A stretch of 39,351 bases of DNA from an uncultured Candidatus Saccharibacteria bacterium (GTDB taxonomy: Bacteria; Patescibacteriota; Saccharimonadia; Saccharimonadales; Saccharimonadaceae), in the NCBI GenBank assembly GCA_937876715.1, contig CALEGA010000003.1, forward strand, positions 1 through 39,351, read 5' to 3'. The notes under the pieces were generated by a model. It worked only from the letters and a program-made list of their open reading frames with translations, was not told the DNA's origin and did not search any database. How positions within the stretch are numbered: position 1 is the first letter of the stretch; each line of letters begins with the position of its first letter. Both the position numbers and the translations under genes were made by a program. Positions 35,541 to 39,351 of this stretch are shown piece by piece.

Positions 35541-35561
35541 AATTATAAAAAACAAAAGAAT

Positions 35562-35585
35562 AAAAATTACGCCATAATCGGCGTA
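35562..35585. terminator. Hairpin between gltX and the convergent tRNAs (T-tract on minus strand)
   Basis: TACGCC-ataatc-GGCGTA preceded by an A-run. Confidence 0.55.
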
Positions 35586-35596
35586 CTGTGTCAAAT

Positions 35597-35673
35597 TGGT
35601 GATTCCGGCGGGAGTCGAACCCGCGATTTTCTGGATGAGAACCAGACGTCCTAGACCACTAGACGACGGAACC
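35597..35673 (-). tRNA. tRNA-Glu(CTC)
   Basis: Cloverleaf GGTTCCG...CGGAATC-A-CCA; anticodon arm TCTGG-TT-CTC-AT-CCAGA; TTCGA T-loop. Confidence 0.95.
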
Positions 35674-35688
35674 ATCTTTATATAAAAA

Positions 35689-35763
35689 TGGTGATCTCTG
35701 CGGGAGTCGAACCCGCATTGACGGGATGAAAACCCGTTGTACTAACCGTTATACTAAGAGACC
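35689..35763 (-). tRNA. tRNA-Glu(TTC)
   Basis: Cloverleaf GGTCTCT...AGAGATC-A-CCA; anticodon arm ACGGG-TT-TTC-AT-CCCGT. Confidence 0.95.
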
Positions 35764-35773
35764 GGCTCTTTAT

Positions 35774-35803
35774 ATTATACCAAGGATTTTAAGAAAAAAC
35801 AAG
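35774..35803 (-). promoter_or_regulatory. Promoter of the tRNA-Glu pair
   Basis: Minus strand TTGTTT, 17 nt, TG-G-TATAAT, about 10 nt before the tRNA. Confidence 0.7.
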
Positions 35804-35859
35804 GGTATTGAAGCGCGGTAGCAAGTTGCGCAAAATATAGAGAAGCTACCCCTGTAATG

Positions 35860-35882
35860 AAAAATCCCCCTCGGAGGGGGAT
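35860..35882 (-). terminator. Intrinsic terminator
   Basis: Minus strand ATCCCCCT-ccg-AGGGGGAT-TTTT. Confidence 0.75.
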
Positions 35883-35901
35883 AGGGAGGTGGTTAGGGCG
35901 G

Positions 35902-36261
35902 TCAAACGTGGTAAACTTCGGGAGTACCGAAACTGACGGCGGCTGGCGCAAATTTGACGAGAGCATCGTCGCACAAGCGAGAGAGCCGAGAGACGCGGTT
36001 GCCGTTGCGACCGATGTCACAAGATTGAACACGGACGGCGTTCTCTTCAGGAATACCGAATGCCTTGGCGTCAGAGTCATCGGCGACGATAACCATTATG
36101 TCGGGCTTGAGCTCGTCCAGGAGATCAGCGTGACAACCTGGGTCGCAGACGGCGATATTACCGACAGTGTCGTAGAGACCGACGTGGCGGTTAGTCAAGT
36201 TAATCGCCCGAGAAAACCGAATAGTAGGAAGTTCACCGAAAACAAAAGATATATGACTCAA
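35902..36261 (-). CDS. Hypothetical protein (119 aa)
   Basis: Minus-strand promoter TTGACA-17-TG-A-TAAAAT (36351-36323), GAGGTG SD before TTG start, terminator downstream. Confidence 0.7.
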   Translation of the reverse strand: MSHISFVFGELPTIRFSRAINLTNRHVGLYDTVGNIAVCDPGCHADLLDELKPDIMVIVADDSDAKAFGIPEENAVRVQSCDIGRNGNRVSRLSRLCDDALVKFAPAAVSFGTPEVYHV

Positions 36262-36353
36262 TAAAAATCACCTCTTTCTAAGTACTTTGTTTTTCTCCTC
36301 CCCCGTAAAAAACAACCTGATCATTTTATCACGTTTCTGTTTTTATGTCAATA

Positions 36354-37718
36354 TCAGTATTCCACGCCCGCGCCGTAATAAGAGGCGGGAATGGCGGAAA
36401 TCCACGTTTGTCCAGGGACAAGGTTAATTTCTTCATTCTTTTCGTTACGGAAGACAATTTGCGCGTCCTTCGAGGATTTCTCCCAAGTACCCTTAATCAC
36501 ACCGCCGTTTTGGAAGACGTAGGCATCGCCAGCGCCGATAGTGGAGATGTCTTCGTGGTAATTGTCATAAGATGCCTTTTTCTCTTGAACAATCATAGCA
36601 ATCACGACGGAGGGAGCGAGTTGTTCTTCGGCGCAGACGAGTTCGGGGGTGATTTCGCCAGACTTGCCGTTGCAGTTATAGCTAGTGTGGGCGGCGCCAG
36701 TTTCGTAAGAGCGCTTATAGGTGTTGGTGGTGACGTCATAATCATAGACAGGGTTAAAGTTAGGAATAGCGCCGAAGCGGAAAGTGACGTGCGTGACTTT
36801 CGGCGAGAGGAGGGAAGTGTCTCCCTTTGCCGGTTGGTCGATTTTGAGACGTTCGACAATCTGGACGTCAACTTTGTTGCGAGCAGCAGCGGCGGGCTTG
36901 AAACGGGCGAAAGCCTTGATGTCGGAGGAGAGGTAGCCGTTATTGTTGTTGAAGCCAGCGAGGTATTCGTTTGATGTGAAAAGATTGTTCCAGAGGCGTT
37001 GAACGGTGTAGTTAGCGGATGAGCGCCACATATAGTTATAGTTTTCCGAAAGGTCGCGAGCGCCGTAAGCTTTGACGGCATCAAGCGCTTCGACGGAGCC
37101 GCCAGCGTGAACAACGGTACAATCAAACGGGACGTCCCAGTTCAGATAATAAAGACGGAGCGAACGGATTGGACCGACGACAGCGGGCGGGTCTTGAAAA
37201 ATGGCGGCGAAACGGGTGATGCCGGATTCGGCAATTGCCTCGAAGACGACTTTAGCGTCTTGGAGTCCGACTTGAGGGCGGGCACCGTCAGCGCCGTTCG
37301 GGATTTGAACACAGAAAGTGGGGTGGGCATTGTCGGATTCGGTGGCAATTTCTTCGCCAGAGAGACGAGAATAGTATTTTGGCGTTTCTGGCTCTTTAAC
37401 CGCCTCTTCGATTGGGATTTGTTCTTTGGCTTTACGCTCAGCTTCTTCCTGTTCAGCAGCTTCGCGAGCAATGCGGTCTTGTTCTGGCTTATAGATGACG
37501 AAATAATAGGCGGCAGCGCCACCAAGGAGTAAAACAAAAGCGGAAACAAGGCAGATGATGAGAGTTTTTTTGGATTTTTTCTGCTCTTCGGTTTCCAATT
37601 TGCCAACGTTGAGGTTTTCTACGCGGGACTTAGCGAGCTTTTTCGCGAAAGCCTCTTCATAAGTATCAACAGATTCTTGCCCTTGTTCCTGTTCGGTCGG
37701 TGTTGATTCTTCTTGCAT
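36354..37718 (-). CDS. DUF3048 (YerB-like) membrane-anchored protein
   Basis: ARPQVGL..A.VVFE..AESGITRF.AIF, GPIRSLR, HAGGS and GQTWI motifs; N-terminal TM; ATG 37718 follows TGCTATAAT. Confidence 0.88.
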   Translation of the reverse strand: MQEESTPTEQEQGQESVDTYEEAFAKKLAKSRVENLNVGKLETEEQKKSKKTLIICLVSAFVLLLGGAAAYYFVIYKPEQDRIAREAAEQEEAERKAKEQIPIEEAVKEPETPKYYSRLSGEEIATESDNAHPTFCVQIPNGADGARPQVGLQDAKVVFEAIAESGITRFAAIFQDPPAVVGPIRSLRLYYLNWDVPFDCTVVHAGGSVEALDAVKAYGARDLSENYNYMWRSSANYTVQRLWNNLFTSNEYLAGFNNNNGYLSSDIKAFARFKPAAAARNKVDVQIVERLKIDQPAKGDTSLLSPKVTHVTFRFGAIPNFNPVYDYDVTTNTYKRSYETGAAHTSYNCNGKSGEITPELVCAEEQLAPSVVIAMIVQEKKASYDNYHEDISTIGAGDAYVFQNGGVIKGTWEKSSKDAQIVFRNEKNEEINLVPGQTWISAIPASYYGAGVEY

Positions 37719-37751
37719 ATGCTTATTATAGCATATATTTAATATCAAGAA

Positions 37752-38282
37752 CTACTCTTTGCTGCAATTATAATCATACTTCACCGTATAGTCCTTCTTC
37801 CCATACGGCGCCACCGGATAAAACTTCGCACTCGTCTTATTCTTATCACACTTATACCCCTCTTTCTCAAAATACTTCTTATAATCCGCAAACTTCCCGT
37901 TTTGATACAACAACAACTGCCGCAAAAGCACCGGCTGGAACCCCGTCTCCTCAAACAACTTCATCTTCTCCTCAAACAACCCCTCGTCAATCGTCTCCAT
38001 AAACTTATCATAATAGTAGTCCTCATAATACGTCGTCGCCATCTCCTCAAACTTCCGTTGCGCCACCCGCTCAGGGTCAAAATACACCGTCACAAACAGC
38101 GACACCCCGACCATCACCGCCGACACCAACACGCCAATCGTCACGAACTTCCGCGCAAAAACCGCCTCGTTCCTCTTCTTCACTTTAGCATTCATTTTCG
38201 TCGTCAAACCAGAAGCACCACCCCTGTTATTTCGTTTATTAGAGCGCAGTGACGATTTACGCAATTTTTGACCAAAATTCAT
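37752..38282 (-). CDS. Hypothetical single-pass membrane protein, possibly pilin-like
   Basis: Basic N-terminus, TM helix, long helix, and two C-terminal Cys. Confidence 0.75.
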   Translation of the reverse strand: MNFGQKLRKSSLRSNKRNNRGGASGLTTKMNAKVKKRNEAVFARKFVTIGVLVSAVMVGVSLFVTVYFDPERVAQRKFEEMATTYYEDYYYDKFMETIDEGLFEEKMKLFEETGFQPVLLRQLLLYQNGKFADYKKYFEKEGYKCDKNKTSAKFYPVAPYGKKDYTVKYDYNCSKE

Positions 38283-38339
38283 ATCGTAATTTTATCATAA
38301 GCGCTATAATTTCACAAACTTTTATGTTAGACTTAAACT

Positions 38340-39303
38340 ATGAGCAAATTATTCAAACGCACTAAAATCTTGGCTACCGTCGGTCCCGCCGTTATGTCCG
38401 AGGAAGCCATCACGGATCTCATTATGGCTGGCGTCAACGGCTGTAGATTGAACTTTTCTCACGGTAACTATATGGAACGCGACGAACAAATCGCTTGGAT
38501 TAGAAACGCCGCGGCAAAAAAAGGTCGCTCTGTCGCCATTGTTCAAGACCTCCAAGGCCCAAAAATCCGCCTCGGTGAACTAAAAGGGAATCACCTCGAC
38601 GTTAAAACCGGCGACGAACTAATCTTAGATTATGCGTTAGAATCTCACGACGGCGGCTAAACCCTCCCCGTCCAATACAACCTCGCCGAAAAAGTCAAAG
38701 TCGGCGAACCACTCTTCATCTTCGACGGCAAAATCAAAACCGAAATCACCGAAATCGTCTCTAAAACCGCCATCAAGGTCAAAGTCTTGAACGACGGCTA
38801 CATTATGAGCAAAAAGGGCTTGAACCTCCCCGACACCGACTTTGGCGGCGACATCATCACCGAAAAAGATATGGCAGACATCGAATTTGGCGCCGGTCGT
38901 GACTTCGACTACGTCGCCCTCAGCTTCGTCCAAAAAGCCGAAGACATCGAAAAACTCCGCCAAATCCTCCTTTCTCACGGCTCCTCGGCACAAATCATCG
39001 CCAAAATCGAAACCAAAAAGGCAATCGAGTCCGACGAAACCTTAGAAAGCATCGTCGAAGCTTCCGACGGCATTATGGTTGCCCGCGGCGATATGGCGGT
39101 CGAAGCTGGCGCCGAAGTCGTCCCGATTGTCCAAAGAAAGCTCATCGCCCTCTGCCGCAAACACTCTAAGCTCTGCATCGTCGCTACCCAAATGATGGGC
39201 AGTATGGTTGACAACCCCGAGCCAACCCGCGCCGAAGTCTCCGACGTCGCCAACGCCGTCATCCAAGGTGCCGACGCCGTTATGCTCTCCGACGAAACCG
39301 CCG
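38340..39303 (+). pseudogene. pyk: Pyruvate kinase, 3'-truncated, with in-frame TAA at 38658-38660 (pseudogene or sequence error)
   Basis: RTKILATVGP, RLNFSHG and DLQGPKIR precede the stop. The same frame continues TLPVQYNL...ALSFVQ...AKIE...MVARGD...ATQM...PTRAEVSDVANAV...MLSDETA. Confidence 0.9.
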
Positions 39304-39351
39304 CCACCGATCCTGCAGCACCTACCATAGATCCCGGCACCGTGGATTTCG

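Noticed and set aside
35857..36264. 135-aa plus-strand ORF
   Set aside because: Promoter, SD, terminator and codon pattern all favour the overlapping minus-strand gene 35902-36261.
36345..36974. 209-aa plus-strand ORF
   Set aside because: It lies antisense to the well-supported DUF3048 gene and has no independent signals.
35597..37750. Genomic island or prophage integrated at tRNA-Glu
   Set aside because: No integrase and no duplicated tRNA 3' fragment are present. The shared 3' sequence belongs to two complete tRNAs.
38340..39303. Alternative genetic code (stop-codon reassignment)
   Set aside because: TAA ends most genes in the window, and the conserved genes translate intact under code 11. 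One internal stop does not support recoding.
39304..39351. Possible fusion or insertion at the end of pyk
   Set aside because: Similarity stops after MLSDETA, next to GATC and CTGCAG sites at the very end of a ~39 kb fragment. A cloning or assembly junction is more likely.

Overview
This is a housekeeping-rich fragment of a small-genome bacterium. Gene content and signatures (RpoC NADYDGD, an S10 block starting at rplC, unlinked rRNA, short 5S) point to Patescibacteria/CPR, most likely Saccharibacteria (TM7); this is an inference. It holds a 5'-truncated leuS, rpmF-nusB-NUDIX-rnc, rpsP, khpA, rpoBC, rubrerythrin, yebC, two peptidases, a TrmH-family methylase, a 23S-5S operon without 16S, glutathione peroxidase, rplC..rpsH, gltX with two tRNA-Glu genes, several membrane or orphan genes, and a 3'-truncated pyk with an in-frame stop. 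Both window ends look like non-genomic clone or read junctions. No transposase, integrase, prophage or CRISPR array was seen. The main signal is a remodelled gene-expression machinery. rpmC (uL29) and rplX (uL24), both at the ribosomal exit, are cleanly absent from the operon, while uL23, uL22 and bL32 carry Lys-rich extensions. The 23S rRNA has expansion segments and a native 2057A/2058G. RNA polymerase lacks both beta' zinc sites and has a rewritten trigger loop. Also noted are several structured non-coding elements, probable leaderless genes, and a ~2 kb block of opposite strand skew. All comparisons with reference sequences were made by eye from remembered consensus motifs and need alignment to confirm.
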